Below are positions 12,471 to 26,668 of a DNA stretch of 64,000 nt, one piece after another (position 1 is the stretch's first letter; every line of letters begins with the position of its first letter). Under the pieces are notes generated by a model. The model saw nothing but the letters and a program-made list of their open reading frames with translations. It was not told the origin of the DNA and made no database searches. The stretch comes from Mobula hypostoma (taxonomy: Eukaryota). The translations under genes and the position numbers were made by a program. The DNA lies in assembly GCF_963921235.1 (NCBI RefSeq), contig NC_086118.1, positions 29,266,001-29,330,000 on the forward strand, read 5' to 3'.

Positions 12471-13284
12471 GATCTATCTCATAGTCATAGAATACAGGAG
12501 GATTAAAGGGCTGGAGTGATGGCAGAAATAATGAGTGACTTCAGGGAAGGATTTCAAACAAAGAAAATAGTGATAAATTAATTAAGAGAATGCAGGGCAG
12601 ATACTCGGTAAATCTTAGGTATTTTGCATAATCTCTTTTACAGAATATAATGGAAACCAGCTAGGCATTAATTTGGTCAGTCAAGTGTAGACGTAACACG
12701 GGCATGGGTGACAGTAATAGAAATGAGAGAGAGCAAAGACTGGAAATAATACTGTGATAGAAAAACTGATAAAGATTAAAGCTCCAAGATACAACCAAGG
12801 CTGCTTGGATAGTCAGTTGACTTTGGTCTTTTCATATTCCCATTATGTTTAAAAATTCAGCTTAAAGACATTTGATGGCTTCCTCAGAGGTTAAATGTAT
12901 TTTGATGAAACTACTTTTGTTCCTAACCTTTCAACCTTTCTCCATTTAAATTCCCAAATGTCCCAACTGCATTTTTAGTTCAGTTGAAATCTTGGTTGTA
13001 ATTCAGCTTCAAACAGTTATACTAAACTCAGTCATATTATGGGCGGGTTGTTATACTGTCACTTAAGTGAGGGATAATTAATGTTTAGGGAAGTGACTGT
13101 GTGCAAATGGCAAAGGTACAATGAAAATTTAATCCATCTGCTTATTTATTTTACAGAATATTCACAGCCAGGGTAGCTGACTAGATTAATCGGTAATCAC
13201 GTTGCAACCAATTGATTTTGTAGGAAACTTCAGTTCACAGCTTGTATGGAGCGATAACATGTGGAAAGTCCTGAATTGGGTAAC

Positions 13285-13500
13285 AAGTCTTTCACAGCGG
13301 CCATCAACCTGGGGTCAGTTCCTGTTGCTGTCTGTGAGGAATTTGTATGTCCCTGTGGCCATATAGATTTTCTCGGGTGCTCTGGTTTCCTCCCATATTC
13401 CAAAGACATATGGGTTTGTAGCTTAATTGGTCACATGGGTGTGATAGGTTGCTGTAGGCTCATTAGGCTGTAAAAGCTTGTGACTGTGTTGTACTACATC
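13285..13500 (+). mobile_element. V-SINE-type element
   Basis: V-domain-like ctcgggtgctctggtttcctcccatattccaaagac. Confidence 0.7.
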
Positions 13501-13539
13501 TCAAACAATTTAAAGCCCTTTTTTATGGGAAGAATGTAA

Positions 13540-14085
13540 TCATAATTATGGCAACAATCAAACCAGTGCCCAAGAAGAGTGGAGCAAATTGCCTGAACAG
13601 CTGTCGCCCAGTTGTGCACACACAAACTGTGGTGAAGTGCTTTGAGAGTTTGGTCACGACCAGAATCAACACCTGCCTAAGCAAGGACTTGGACCTGCTG
13701 CAATCTGCTTGTTGACACAATAGGTCTGCAGCGATATAATCTCACTGACTCTCCATTTGGCCTTGGATCATCCGGGCAATTGTAATACCTACGTCAGGCT
13801 GCTATTTTTGATTACTGCTCAGCGTTCAACACAATCATACCCTCAATTCTAAATTAGAAAGCTTCAAGGCTTGGGTGTCTGTATCTTCCTCTGCAACTGG
13901 ATCCTTTACTTCCTCGCTGAGAGACCACCGTCTGTGCAGATTAGAAATATCTCCTCCTTACTGCCAGTCAATACTGGTGCACCTCAAGGATGCATGCTTA
14001 GCCCACTGTTCTACTTTCTCTACACCCACGACTGGGAGGCTAGGTACAGCTCAAACACCATTTATAAATTTGCTGCTAACACAAC
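13540..14085 (+). mobile_element. Rex1/Babar-type LINE RT fragment
   Basis: Peptide VNTGAPQGCMLSPLFYFLYTHD...IYKFA (RT motifs). Confidence 0.75.
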
Positions 14086-14424
14086 TTGTGTTTGTAGCTT
14101 CATTTGACTGATCTAACACTGAAGATGTTGAGTTTTAGTCTCTGTATTTCCACCCCCATTTAACTCTTTAATTATAACTTTTTTTGTATTGGGATTTTGT
14201 AATCATTCTTTCATATTTTTTTCTGATGCATTTTGGGTACTTAATTATTAGTTTTCAGTATCAAGTCCCTGTGCTTTAGTTTGCTTCAATGAATTTTGTC
14301 TGCCTTAAATCTGAGACTAAAAGCACAATTTTATGAATTTGGTTAATGTTTACCTTTCTGGCACCCAAAGGGTGTTGTGATTAGTAAAAGTTTAGGATTA
14401 TATAACTGAAACAACTGTCAATTT

Positions 14425-14592
14425 AAGCAGGCTTTCAATTCAATCGCCTTTGATCTGGGCCGACGTTTACGTGCCGGGCAGCACCTAATTAATTAGCTTG
14501 TTTATTTCGGCTTTTTTCTTAAAGATGTGCTGGGTGCGCTCCAGTTACCGCTGCACTGCTGCCTTCTTTGCGGCCCGGAGGTTGGGGACCAA
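14425..14592. mobile_element. Probable terminal fragment of a hAT-type DNA transposon
   Basis: CpG-rich patch in AT-rich DNA ending gcggcccggaggttggggacc, like hAT/Charlie terminal repeats; only one end seen. Confidence 0.4.
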
Positions 14593-15129
14593 TGTTTTAA
14601 GTCATAAAACATAAGTGCATTCTATTAATCAATTCTGACTTGGAAAGCTTTATTTTCAAGTCACTATTTGGTTAACCAAAGGCTTCCATGAAGGTTGCTG
14701 TCTATACGGAAGAGTTCTGTTTTACAAATTGAATTTTCATGTTCCTCTGGGTTATTATCTTAGTAGAAGGAAGGGAAAAGAAAACTGATAATAAAGATGT
14801 ATATAGTAGAATATGGGCCACATTTAGAATAATACATCTTGTTCTTGATGCTCTTTAAAAGAAAATGGTTTAAATAATGGAAAAAATGTAACATTTGTGA
14901 TTTTTTTTAATGGATCTGGGGCATATTTTTTTTAAAAATGTGAAACACCATGGATAGAATGTGAATGAATGGGACTGGTGTAGATGAGTTCAATGGTAAG
15001 CAAGAGCACAGGTCAAAGTACTTGTTAATATTGATTCCATTTTGAAGAGACTTGAAACTGAAGATTGTTTCACTTTTATAATCCTTTATAAGTTTACTAG
15101 ACCAAAATAAACCCCCAGTATTATTAGAG

Positions 15130-15410
15130 TTGAGGTTTAATCCTGACCTTGTTATTTGTGCAGAGTTTACACATGCTTTTTTGAATGCCTTAGTTTCCAT
15201 CAGATACTCTGGTTTCCTCCCACATCCCAAAAGCTCAATTGGCTACTGTACATTAACCCTAGTATAAGTTCGTAATACAAAACAATCTAATAGAGTTGTC
15301 CAAAAGAACATAATTTGTAAGGCTGCGGGGAAATAAAGGAAGTACTGGATTATTAGGATTGCTGCTTTGGTAGTCAGCATAGACCAAATGGCTAAATGAT
15401 TTCCTGAGTT
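15130..15410 (+). mobile_element. Old V-SINE remnant
   Basis: V-domain-like tactctggtttcctcccacatcccaaaag. Confidence 0.55.
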
Positions 15411-16094
15411 CTGATGAGAATTATAACACATCATAGTCCAACTAATTTCTATTTTATCTTGACATAGATTTCTGGCTTGGTTTAACTCTAAACTTGTATT
15501 TTTGAAAATCACATGGTAAAAGAATGCATTTAAACCATTATAAGCCTCTTTATTAAAGGTGAACTAAAACCAAACTTGCACTTGATAATGCAGTTTGTGT
15601 AGAGGGCCACTGAACAACACATTATTGACTTAAATGTAAATACCTTGTGTATATTTGAGTTGTAGAATCAAAGAACATAATGAATTCTGATCTATAAAGA
15701 ATTGATATAATTGTGCACCCTCCCCCTTACCCTTTTCAGTTGATGTGAACCTCTGATCTTTTTCCAAGTCATCCTCTTCATCTTCTGGCAGCTAAGGTCC
15801 ATACTGTTCCAATTTCAGACCAGACCTCTGCTGCCTCTCCTTCCCTGTGATAACTTATTAGGCTGTTGGAGATTTGCACTTATTTGATTGAATCTGCAAC
15901 AGCCTTTGTCATTGCAGACTTGTATTTCAGTTACGTTCCTTGGTGTTGAAATCACATTCAGATTTTTAAGAGTATTCCATTTCTGCTTCTGATTTGGATT
16001 CACAAACTGCCTCCCCCCCCCCCCCCAGCTAATATGGTCCAACATAAAGATTTTCCTGTGTGTCTATGCGGCAAGCATGTCTATAATCAACTTA

Positions 16095-16765
16095 AACACG
16101 GGAGATTCAGCAGATGTGGAAATCTTGAGCAATGCACACAAAGTGCTGGAGGAACTCAGCAAGTTGGGCAGCATCCATGGAGGGGAATAAACAGTTGGCA
16201 TTTTGGTTGGAGACCTTGATCAGGGCTAGAAAGAAATGATGCAGAAGCCACAATAAGAAGGTGGGACAGAGAAAGGATTACAAGTTGGGAGGTGATAAGT
16301 GAGACTAAATAAGGATGGGTGGGAGACCATCGGTAGCACTTTTCATACCTGTACAGGTATAAGTACCAGGAGGGAGATCAGTGGGGAGGATAAGATGTGC
16401 TTACTGGGTAGGATCACATTGGAGATGATTGAAGTTATGGAAAATAATGTACTGGATAAGGAGGCTTTTGGGCTGGTAGACAAGGTCAAGGGGGAACTCT
16501 GTCCCTGTTACTACTGTGGAAGGATGGAGTGAAGGCAGATGTGCAGGAAATTGTTGGGAAGCAGGTAAGGGTAGCATCAATGGGGGTAGAAGGGGAAACC
16601 CCATTCTTTGAGTGGAAAAAATAGGATTTCTCGGATGTTTTAGATTAGAAGGCCTCATTCTGAAAATGTATAGTGAAGGTGGGCGAGCTGAAAGAAAAGA
16701 ATAGTACTTTTTCCTTTACAAGTGACAGGGCTGGAAAAGATGTACAGTAGCTGAGTCAGTTCACT
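16095..16765 (-). mobile_element. Degenerate Penelope-like fragment (3' end plus part of the ORF)
   Basis: Collinear with 48708-49980, with deletions; hammerhead remnant at ~16190-16228. Confidence 0.7.
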
Positions 16766-17329
16766 TGATTTTCTCTCTACATTGAGGGTCTTGACAAGAT
16801 TTTTGTGAGTTTTTTATGACTCTGGAGAAGAGCCTCAAGGAAAAGCAGTTGTGAACTCCTGGTTATTGTGACCTCTAGCTTCATTTCCTTGCTTTTTTTT
16901 CCCCCCATACTTGGATTAACCATTTTCACTGGAAGCAGAATATGCAATTGCAGCAAGGTTTAAAAATGAGTTGTATAGAAATTTAAATATGACTGTATGC
17001 ACAGATTGTTTCAGCACAATACTTCTTTTATTATTAATATACAATTTTCTTAAAAGCAGGTTATTGTTTGATACTAATTTTGTTCCTTTACTGGTTTTTG
17101 TCATTTTTCCCCTTTGTTCACTTTTACACCTTTTTGTACGTTGATATTTATTCTAATTTCATCAATGTCTCCTGGCTTGAGGTTTTGATACCTTACTCAA
17201 AAGTTTATTGGAAACTGATTAACATAGTCCTTTTTCTCATCTGTCTCCATGTAGCCTGTTATGTTCCCCATGCCTTATGGTTAACCTTTCCAGAACACCC
17301 TTTGATCATGTTGTCTTTGCTTGTTCACA

Positions 17330-17930
17330 GTGATAGAGCCATACAACACAAACAGGCCCTTCAGCTTGACCAGTCCATGGTAACCAAGCAAATTCCATTT
17401 CAGCTATGTACATGCCTCAACCACTACTTTTGCTTGAAAAAGTTGTCCCTTGTGTTCTATTAAATATCTCCCCTGTGACCTTAAACCTGTACTTTGTAGT
17501 TCTGATTCCCAACCCTGGGGGGGAAAGAATTATCGTTCAACCTATCTGTGCCCCTTATGATTTTATATACCTCTAAGGTCATTCCTGTGCTACAGTAAAT
17601 AAAGTCGGTCTGTTTATAACTCAGTCCCTTCAGACCTGACAACTTTCACATGAATCTTTTCTGCACTCTTTCCAGCTTCAAGTCATCTTTCCTGTAGCAG
17701 TGTAACCAAACCTAAACACAATATTCGAAGTGTGGCCTTACAGCACTTTGAACAACTGCAGCGTAACTTTCTGCCTTCTGTATTTAATGCCCTGACTGAT
17801 GAAGACCAGCATGCTAAATGCCACTCTTACCACCTAGTCTACTTGTGATACCTCGTTTAGGGAACCATAAACTTGTACTCTTGGGTCCCTCTGTTCTGAA
17901 CACTTCCTAGAAACCTACTGTTCACTGTGA
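17330..17930 (-). mobile_element. CR1 LINE 3' fragment
   Basis: Collinear with 42300-42900 (ctaaacacaatattcgaagtgtggcctta, etc.). Confidence 0.7.
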
Positions 17931-19203
17931 ATATAGTATTAAACAAATTTATTTATAGATACCAGTTACTGTCTGTGTAAATGTGGTAATTATTTTTCAA
18001 AGATGTTTTGACAACTGCAGCTTGTAATGGTAAAAATTATTTCTAAGTATCAAAGTGTTCAAGCAAAGTTTTTTTACATGGCTGAAATATCAATGTTCTA
18101 AATTAAGTACATACTCTTGGCCCAAATTTAATACACATCTCTCTGCCACTAACCAAGATTTTCCTCAAGCAGTTCTTCACTTGAAATTCAGTTACATTAT
18201 ACTTTAGTATTTCTCAATATTATGCAATTGAGTGTTCCATGAATAAAGCATGGTATCAACTGTTCATTGGTTAGACAACTTGAGGTAAAATTTGTGTTTT
18301 TTTTAGTTATTTTGTGGTTCCAACATGATTTCCAAGTAGGGACATACAAAATGGTGCCATTCTTGCAGTCTCGTGTTGAAAAGAAACACCTGCACTGTCA
18401 TAGGAGATCACCAGCACCTTGTTTTCTAACCCCTTCCCTTGTCATGACATCCTGCATCCATACCCTTTGTATCTGACCTTTTGGATTTTGCCAGTTATAT
18501 CTTACACATCTAGCAGTACTACTCATTTGAATTGGGTTGCTGATTTTTATCGAAAATACAAATGGTTTTAAACTTTGTTTTTAATTTTCAGAACATTATT
18601 CAGTTATTTTAGACACTATTATTAAATCCCTCTCATGATAACTGAAAACAGTGAAAATAATTTCTGGTATCTTGAGCAGACAGTGATCATCTAGGCTGCC
18701 CAATGATGGGTCCTATGATTTGCTGCTATATCCTTGCTATTTTCCATGACCCACTATGCCTTGCAGAACAGCTGAGGTAGCAACAATGGCAGCACATTAA
18801 GTCATAGGGTTTCAAAGAAAGCTGAGTACAGTCACGGGATTTGTGCAGGTTGAGTATAGTTCATTGCTGCTTGTTTTTACTTCTGGTTTGCTGTCCCTCC
18901 ATATCTTTGGTTTATGAAGTGTGGTATTTCTCTATCTAATTCAATGTACCCACCGAGTTGTCTTGTTAGTTGTCCTTACTGCAAATCTATTTCACATTTT
19001 TGTATGTTTCTTAAATGAATAAAAATTGGATGGATATTGTCACTTAAGTGCAGCACATTCAAATATGATATAATAATCTAACTTAAACTCTTATCATGTG
19101 CAACCTACAGTTTTAAAGTAAAACAATAATTTGGGAATGCAGAAACATTTCCATTTAATTCTTAAAATTCTCAATAAGTGACTTGTTTTGTACCTTTTGA
19201 CAG

Positions 19204-19554
19204 TGCCAGAAACTACCAAGACCAGTCAAAGCCAGCCACAGCCTGCCAACTCGTCCAACAGCACTTCCACTACCACTATCACTAACAGCAGTGGAAGCAA
19301 TGGCAAGCGAGCTTCTACTAGTTGTCAGCAACAAGCCTTGTCTCGTTACCCACCCCGTGAAGTGCCACCTCGCTTCCGGCATCAAGAACAGAAGCAGCTA
19401 TTGAAAAGAGGGCAGCCACTGCCACCTGGGACTGCCATCAGCAATAGTTTAGTTCAAGGTACAGGGCAAGTGGCAGCAAACTCTTCACAACACAACATTC
19501 AACAAACATCTGGTGGACCACAGCAACTCCAACATCTTGGTAAAGGACAGACTG
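19204..19554 (+). CDS. TNRC6C: TNRC6C exon, N-terminal region of the long isoform (VPETTKTSQSQPQPA...RYPPREVPPRFRHQEQKQLLKRGQPLP)
   Basis: Acceptor ttttgacag|, donor ACTG|gtaaga; 351 nt, phase 1-1; the REVPPRF..KQLLKRGQ motif is shared by TNRC6 paralogues. Confidence 0.93.
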
Positions 19555-22500
19555 GTAAGACTACACTTCAAACTACAAATGAGTAAGCAGTGAAATAATA
19601 GGCTATAGTTTAAATTTCAAGCTCTTGAAGGACAACAATGGACCAAACCGTACTGGGGAATGCTGGCAGTTATGCACAGAACTGTGATCCAGGATTCCAG
19701 GTGGGAGCCCAGTTATAGAGCACATACTTGAGACTATTTCCCATCATTTGTGCTTGGGAATATGATTCAATTCACATGAATGGAGAAGGTTGGGCGTAGG
19801 ACATTAAGTGTTAGATGATCAAAAAAGCTGTTGGGACACAACTTGAGAGACTTGCAAGGTAAATAAATTACTTGTGCTTTTATTATTGTGGCTACTCAAC
19901 CTCAACCTATCCCTTCCCAACCAGCTACCCCTTCCTTTAACTAGTTGTGTGTCACAGGGATCCCTCAATGCAAATAATTAACAACTTACTGTTAAAATTA
20001 TTTTCCTGATAATCAAGGGCTTTGTTTACTGGTATTTTGAATGAAGAAGCATAACTATTGCTTGAAATGCACACTTGCTGGGGTTTTGATCAAGGAGTAT
20101 CGAGTGGTGTTTGTCGAATTTAATCAGTTCCTCTCAGCACAAAAAAAGATGCAATTTGAAGTTATGCTAAAGTAACCTTTCAGAAAACAAAACCCAATCC
20201 ATCTTTGTCAGTTTGAATGAGACATCCAATTGAAATCCTGCTAATGTTGCATGTAAAGGGCAGAATGTTACTATACAGGGAAGAGAAATTTTTTTTTTGT
20301 CTATAGTAGTCAAACAAAAAAATCTTTATGGAACACTGCTTTGCACAAATTGGCTGTTTGGTACATGTCTATCATATGTATTGCAGAAAACGACAACAAA
20401 TTCCTCTATATAATCATAACACTAAAGAGAAATATTATCCATTTCCTTTAAGGGTGGGTTTAAGCTGTTACAAGTTGAATAAATAACTTAGCAGTTTCAT
20501 TTCTGGTATACAAATTTCAATATTAATGTAACTTAGTTCAGAAAATTGTTAATGCTGGTAACAGTAGTTTATAGTTTTTTTTGCTCTGGCAAGATCTGTT
20601 ACTTAGAATAAAGCTGATTTTAGAGAAATTGAAATAAGTAACTCAGGAAGCGTAACTTGCTGTTGTAATGAGTTTACTGTATAACAAGGAATGACATCAT
20701 AAATTAAAGCTGATTATTGTCATGGTTAATTAACCATCTGCTCTATGCACAGACACAAAATGACCAGCATGTAGAAGTGCACACTTCTGTAAATTTTGTT
20801 TTGTTATTTGAGACCTAATCATAGACTAGATTTTCTTGAAAATTTCCATTATATGTACAACTTTGAAATTTCTTTCATTTTTTTTCTTGTTCCTTTTCAT
20901 TTAATGTATTAATAGTTTATTGCTATACCGAGTCTCATTGATTCAGATAGTTGTACTTCAGCTATACGAAGTTTGAACTTTGACGGTAAATGTTGGAAGA
21001 TCATTTGGCCTCAGTGAAGGGGAGGATATTAAATTATGGCTGTGCAAGGAGGTGAAGAACTGCCTCGTGCACATTAGATATTTTAAATACATTTTTAACA
21101 AAAGTTGCTGTATGGCCGCCACATATTTATCTTCTGTTTGTCAGGTACTTTTTTTATTCCTGCTGTTACATCACTGAAGTTTGGTTATTCCAGATGAGAC
21201 CAAAAATGGATTCAAGCACATTACTAGTCTTTCTGCTTAAGTGTTCTTATCCATCTGAAATGTTTGCACTTGTTTGTTTTTATTTTGTGAAACGCAATTG
21301 GCAATTCAAAAGCTATAGAATTGATTCTGTTGGAGAACATGAGTTAATTTTTCAGTTACCTGAATGATGGCTATATTCACAGGTTAAAGCATACTGTTCA
21401 TCTCAAATTAATCTTGCTCTTAAAATAGGCTTTTGTGAATTTTTTTTCTCTCATCTCAATTTAGTATTTTTCCCATGTAGCCGGGCAGTATGACATCTAT
21501 TATATAAGGCATATGTAGTCTAGTGGAGACAACTCTCATATTCACTTAAAGGACAGGATCTTCAGAACAAGATCCTGATAATGAGATACCAGCTAGGAAA
21601 GTGCTGGGTGAGTGGGCACAGCAGACCTTCCATATGAAAACCCAGTAGGGAATGATGATGGAAGTCTCCACCAGGAACGAGTATTCCTGCACAGTTGATG
21701 AATTTGACAAGCATTCTTGTCTCCAAAAGGCATGTCAAGCCTTCAGGAGAAGTTCAGGCACCTTTTTGTCTCCTGCTCATAGGTTCATGACCCATTGTGC
21801 ATGGTCAGCCATGACCATGAAGAATGCTCAAGTGGTAGGAGTACTTGTGTTGAGGCATCCATGAAATGAATACCTCAGCAACTAAATATGGGGAACAAAT
21901 ATTCTCCACATTAACTTAAATACAGTAGTCTGTAAATTTTTGATTGAGTCAGATGATCTGTTAGGAATATAGCATTCTTTTAAGTCAGCAGAAAATTGTT
22001 GTACCTTTAGTTCTACCTAAACTGTTATGTGCTGTTCAATGTGGAGCATTAATTTTCAACTCATGACATTATGGGCAGTAGTGTGTTTATTGAAATGTGA
22101 GATGAGCATGCCTCGTGCCTGGTCCACATTTAAGATTGCTGCAGGTTCACCCATAATTCTTGAGGAATATGATGTATTCTAAGTAAACATGAAGTTTGCA
22201 CATTTAGCATATAAAGGCAAGTGGCAAACCAATTTTTAGGTATCTATGCCTTACCAGTGAAAATCCTGTTACTGCCAGGTCACATGATCTGCCTACTGGC
22301 CCACCCCTTTTGACTGCACAGCTTACTGAGCAAGAGTATGTAGAAAAGGCATAGGAGCTCAAATCATCAAGTAGGCACTTGACTTGGAACCAAGTTCCCA
22401 ATTCCAAGAACATTTTGATTTGTCACGTTGCTGCAAAGCTGGGATAAGTACTCAAGTAGACATTTATGACATTCTTCTTTGAATTTCAAATTTTGGTTCA

Positions 22501-22734
22501 AGGTAAAAGAAAACCTTGATGCTCATTGAACCAGACACAAGGTTATTTGGCAAATAACTGTCCACTGATTTGGAAAGACTGAAACTTCGGTTATCAGTCA
22601 CTAACTTGACATTTGTGCAATAACGAATGAGAATATTAAATGTGAATCCATTGTTCTTTCCTTGACGTGGCACTCAAATGTTCCGTGATTCAGGGTGGAA
22701 AGTGAGTTTGCCATGAATCTGTTCAAAAAGGTTC

Positions 22735-25280
22735 AAGGTTCAAAGTAAACTTGTCATCAAAATATGTACACAGTATATGTCACCACATACTACCTTAAGA
22801 TTCATTATCTTGAAGGCATTTACAGGAAAATAAGGACAATAATATTGCCCATAAGATTGAAATAAAGACAATAAAGATTGACAAACGTCTAATGTGCAAA
22901 AGGGGCAGATTGTGCATACAATAATTTTTTTAAAGTATGGAGAACACACATAAAATACATTTTTTAATAAGGAGAGCACACGAGTCTACAGCTTGTGGAG
23001 TCATTTCAGCGTGATGTGAGTGATGTTATCCACACTGCTGCAGGAACCTGATGGTTGTAGGGTAACAACAGTTCCTGAACCTGGTAGTGTGGGATGTAAG
23101 GCTTCTGTACCTCCTGCCCAATGGTAGTAGCAAGAAGAGAGCATGGCCTGGACTGGAAGATGGAAGTCCTTGATCATGGATGCTCCTTCCTTGTGACAGC
23201 ATTCCTTGTAAATGTGCTCAGTGATGGGGAGAGCGTTGCTGGTGGATTAGGCTGTAAACACAGCTGTTTTTGTAGACTCAGGAATCAGCTTTAATGCCAC
23301 TGGCATATGTCGTTAAATCAACGCACACAATGCTGGAGGAATTCAGCAGGCCAGACAGCATCTATGGAAAAGAGTAAACAGTTGACGTTTCAGGACTGAT
23401 GAAGGGTTTCAGCCTGAAACATTAAACTTTCCATAGATCCTGTCTGGCCTGCTGAATTCCTCCAGCATTTTGTGTGTTTTAGATTTCCAGCAGCTATAGA
23501 TTCTCTTTTGTTGGTATGTCATTAAATTTATTCTTTTTCTGTTACACTACATTGCAATACATAAAAATTATAAATTACAGTAAGTATATAGATTAATAAA
23601 ATAAATTACATAGTGCTGAAACAGGGAATAATACTGAGGTAGTGTTAATGGGTTCATTGTCCATTCAGGAATCTGATGGCGGAGGGGAAGAAGTTGTTCC
23701 TGAAACATTGAATGTGTGTCTACAGGCTCGTGTTCCACCACGCTGATGGTAGCAATTAGAAGAGGGCATGTCCTGGGTGAAGGGATCCTTAATGATGGAT
23801 GTTGCCTTTTTGAGGCATTGCCTTTTGAAGATGCCCTGGATATTGGGGAGGCTACTACCCATGATGGAGCTGGTTGAGTTTACAACCTTGTGTAGCTTTT
23901 CTCAATCCTGTCCAGTGGTACCTCCATACCAGATGGTGATGCAACAAGTTAGAATGCTCTCCACGGTACATCTGAAGAAATTTGTGAATGTCTGGTGACA
24001 TACCAATTTTCCTCAAACTTCTAATGAAATATAGCTGTTGTCTTGCTGCCTTTGAAATTGCATCAATATGTTGGGCCCAGGATAGATCCTCGGAGACGTG
24101 ATGCCCAGGAGTTTGAAACTGCTTGCTCTTTCTATGTCTGATCCCTTGAAGAGGACTGGTGTGTGTTTCCTTGACTTCCCTTACTGAACTCCACAATCAA
24201 TTTCTTGATCTCGCTGACAATTGAGTGCGATTGTTGTTGTGATGCCACTCAAACAGCTGATCTATCTCACAGCAAATTTATAGGTGGTGTTTGAACTGTG
24301 CCTAGCCACACTGTCATGTAGAGCGAGTACAGCAGTAGGTTAAGCATGCATCCTTGAGGTGTACCAGTGTTGATTGTCAGCAAGGAGATACTATTTCTGA
24401 TCCACACAGACTCTGGTCTCTTAGTGAGGAAGTCAATGATCCAGTTGCAGAGTGAAGTACAGAAGTCTGGTTTTGGAGATTGTTAATTGGAACTGAGAGT
24501 ATAATTGTGTTGAACACTGATCTGTAGTCAATAAAGAGTGCCTGATGTAGGTATTACTATTGTCCAGGTGATTCAAGGCCGAGTGGAGAGTCTGTAAGAT
24601 TGCATCTGCTGTAAACCTGTTGTGGTATAGGAAATTGCAGAGGGCAGAAGTTGATTCTAGTCACCGCACACTTCATCACAAATGTGAGTACCACTGTGTG
24701 ATGGTTGTTGATGAAGCTCACGCAGCTCTTGGGCATTGATATGATTGTCGCCCTTTTTGAAGTAGGTGGGAACCTCCAATTCCAGCAATGCAAGATTGAA
24801 GTTGTCCTTAAACACACCCGCCAGTTGGTTGGCACTGGTTTTCAGAGCCCATCTGGTTTTGTGAGCCCATCCTCTTGAAAGATGTTCTGGTGTCTGCCTT
24901 TGAGATGGAGATCACCATATCACCAGACGCTGCAGGTATTTGCACAGGAGTAGCTTAATTCTCTTTCGAAGCTTACATAAAACATGGTGAGCTTACCTGA
25001 GCGATGGAATGATCACAGCCATTCATGATTGGTTTCGATTTGTAGGAAGTAAAGGCCTGCAAACTCTGCCAGAGCTGACGTACATCTGATTCCTTCTCTA
25101 ACTTCAATGAATTGTCTTTTTGCTCTTATAACAGCCTTCATAGTTTTGTATCACTAGTCTTGAATGCCACAGATATAGCCTTCAAACTGCAAATTTCCTG
25201 GTGCTTCTACGGCTTTTGGTTTGGGTATGTTCAATATGTTCCCGAAAGCGCTCACTCATCCATACAGGTCTTGAAATCGC
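22735..25280 (-). mobile_element. Two stacked Rex1/Babar-type LINE remnants (about 22735-23250 and 23280-25280)
   Basis: Peptides SEDLSWAQHIDAISKAARQQLYFIRSLRK and LPNIQGIFKRQCLKKATSIIKDP; the 3' end begins ttcaaggttcaaagtaaac. Confidence 0.75.
23319..23514. mobile_element. Short Penelope-like inverted-pair (hairpin) insertion with a 13-bp TSD
   Basis: Left arm acacaatgctggaggaattcagcaggccagacag.. and right arm ..ctgtctggcctgctgaattcctccagcattttgtgt; TSD tatgtc(g/a)ttaaat at 23306-23318 and 23515-23527. Confidence 0.8.
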
Positions 25281-26242
25281 TGACAGCTATGTGTATTCAT
25301 TCAGGCTCAAAGCCGGTTTTTTCTGTTGTTTCATTAACAGTCAGTGGGAGTTGTGGTAATCTCAGACATCATAGAAGAGTCCTTGAAAAAATTTGCAGAT
25401 TTTACAAGTTGACAGGTTGTGCTTGATGGGGCATTTGGATGTGTTCCTTGGGCCATTTTATACCATATCGCCATGTTCCAGTGGAAGAGACAAAATGCTC
25501 AATGCTTTCTCAAATGTTGCTCCTCCTCCAGAAATCCAACTAAGTCAATGAGGATGTTAAATTTTTTTCAAGGAGGCTTTGAAAACATCTTTGAATTTTT
25601 TCGTTTCTCTCCCTCTTCTCCCCCCACCCCCGGAAAATGTTAGTTTGACATTGTTTGAACCTTTTTGAGAGTGTGGGCACAAATTGGCATTTATCTTGTT
25701 TGGGGGAAAAAAAATTCTCTTGCATGCCTTGATAATTCTGAGTAGCGATTATCATTGATTAATGAATTAGTAACAATTATGGATTTGAGGGGGGAAAAGA
25801 TAAGTCCTGTTGCTTATTTATGTGTATTCCTTGTTTTACTATTAAAGTATAAAAGACATTGAAACAAATGAAGCATTTTAGAAAATATTTACAGAAACTA
25901 TTAATATTAAACTTTTAAAATGACAGTTGAAAAATGACACTAAAATAGCACTGTTACTCATATAAGAAATGCAAGCATGAAATTAAAAGCTTTGTTGCAT
26001 ATTCTTAAAAGATCAACAAAAGCAGTGGGCTTTAAAGAATCAATATGAGCCTCTGCATGTCATCTGCCAACGAAATGTTTCTGTAGCCTATCTTGGGCAT
26101 GCATGCCATAGATTTGTCACTCGATGCAAAATTGTAGGGGGCCGGGAGGATGCAAATGCTCTGCATATCCTGCTCATTGATTTGGAGGATTTTCTGGAGA
26201 CAGTTGACCTTTAGTGCTTTCAAAGTGCTTACTTTTAGGTGG

Positions 26243-26336
26243 TAACACGCAAAATTCTGGAGGAACTCAGCAGGCCAGGCAGCGTCTTTGGAAAGGAGTA
26301 CAGTTGATGTTTCAGGCCGAAACCCTTCAGCAGGGC
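26243..26336 (-). mobile_element. Penelope-like 3' end fragment with a degenerate hammerhead
   Basis: aaaattctggaggaactcagcaggccaggcagc...gtttcaggccgaaacccttcagcagg. Confidence 0.7.
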
Positions 26337-26596
26337 CTTTGGGTAGTACGTAACTTTGACAAAAGGGTGAATACCCTATTGCCCTGTAAACCTTGATTTT
26401 CAAACCACCATTTTCTGTAATGACTAGGTGCGTTGGTGCACTGGAGGTGGGAGGGTGAATTTCATCTGCCATATTTACTTTCACTGATGGGTGGCTGCTG
26501 AGATTTGGAAAATGATCCACTTAGCATGGATTATTGACTTTGAGGCCCAATGTTGGTTAGTGGCAAGTAGAGGATGTTTCTCTGAGAGGTGTTGAT

Positions 26597-26668
26597 TGAC
26601 TGACTGTTTATTTCGCTCTATAGATGCTGCCTGACTTGCTGAGTTCCTCCATCTTTTTGTGTGCTGCA
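26597..26668 (+). mobile_element. Penelope-like 3' fragment lacking the hammerhead core
   Basis: tgactgtttatttcgctctatagatgctgcctgacttgctgagttcctcc; starts just downstream of the ribozyme position. Confidence 0.65.

Noticed and set aside
15606..15617. GCCACTGAACAA (ATEQ), resembling the small upstream exon of TNRC6 genes
   Set aside because: No AG directly before it and no suitable donor at the expected distance; probably chance.
19555..19586. ORF extension or alternative donor (TGA|gtaagc) after the REVPPRF exon
   Set aside because: It adds 28 nt and shifts the frame; the donor at 19554 gives the correct phase, and there is no other support.
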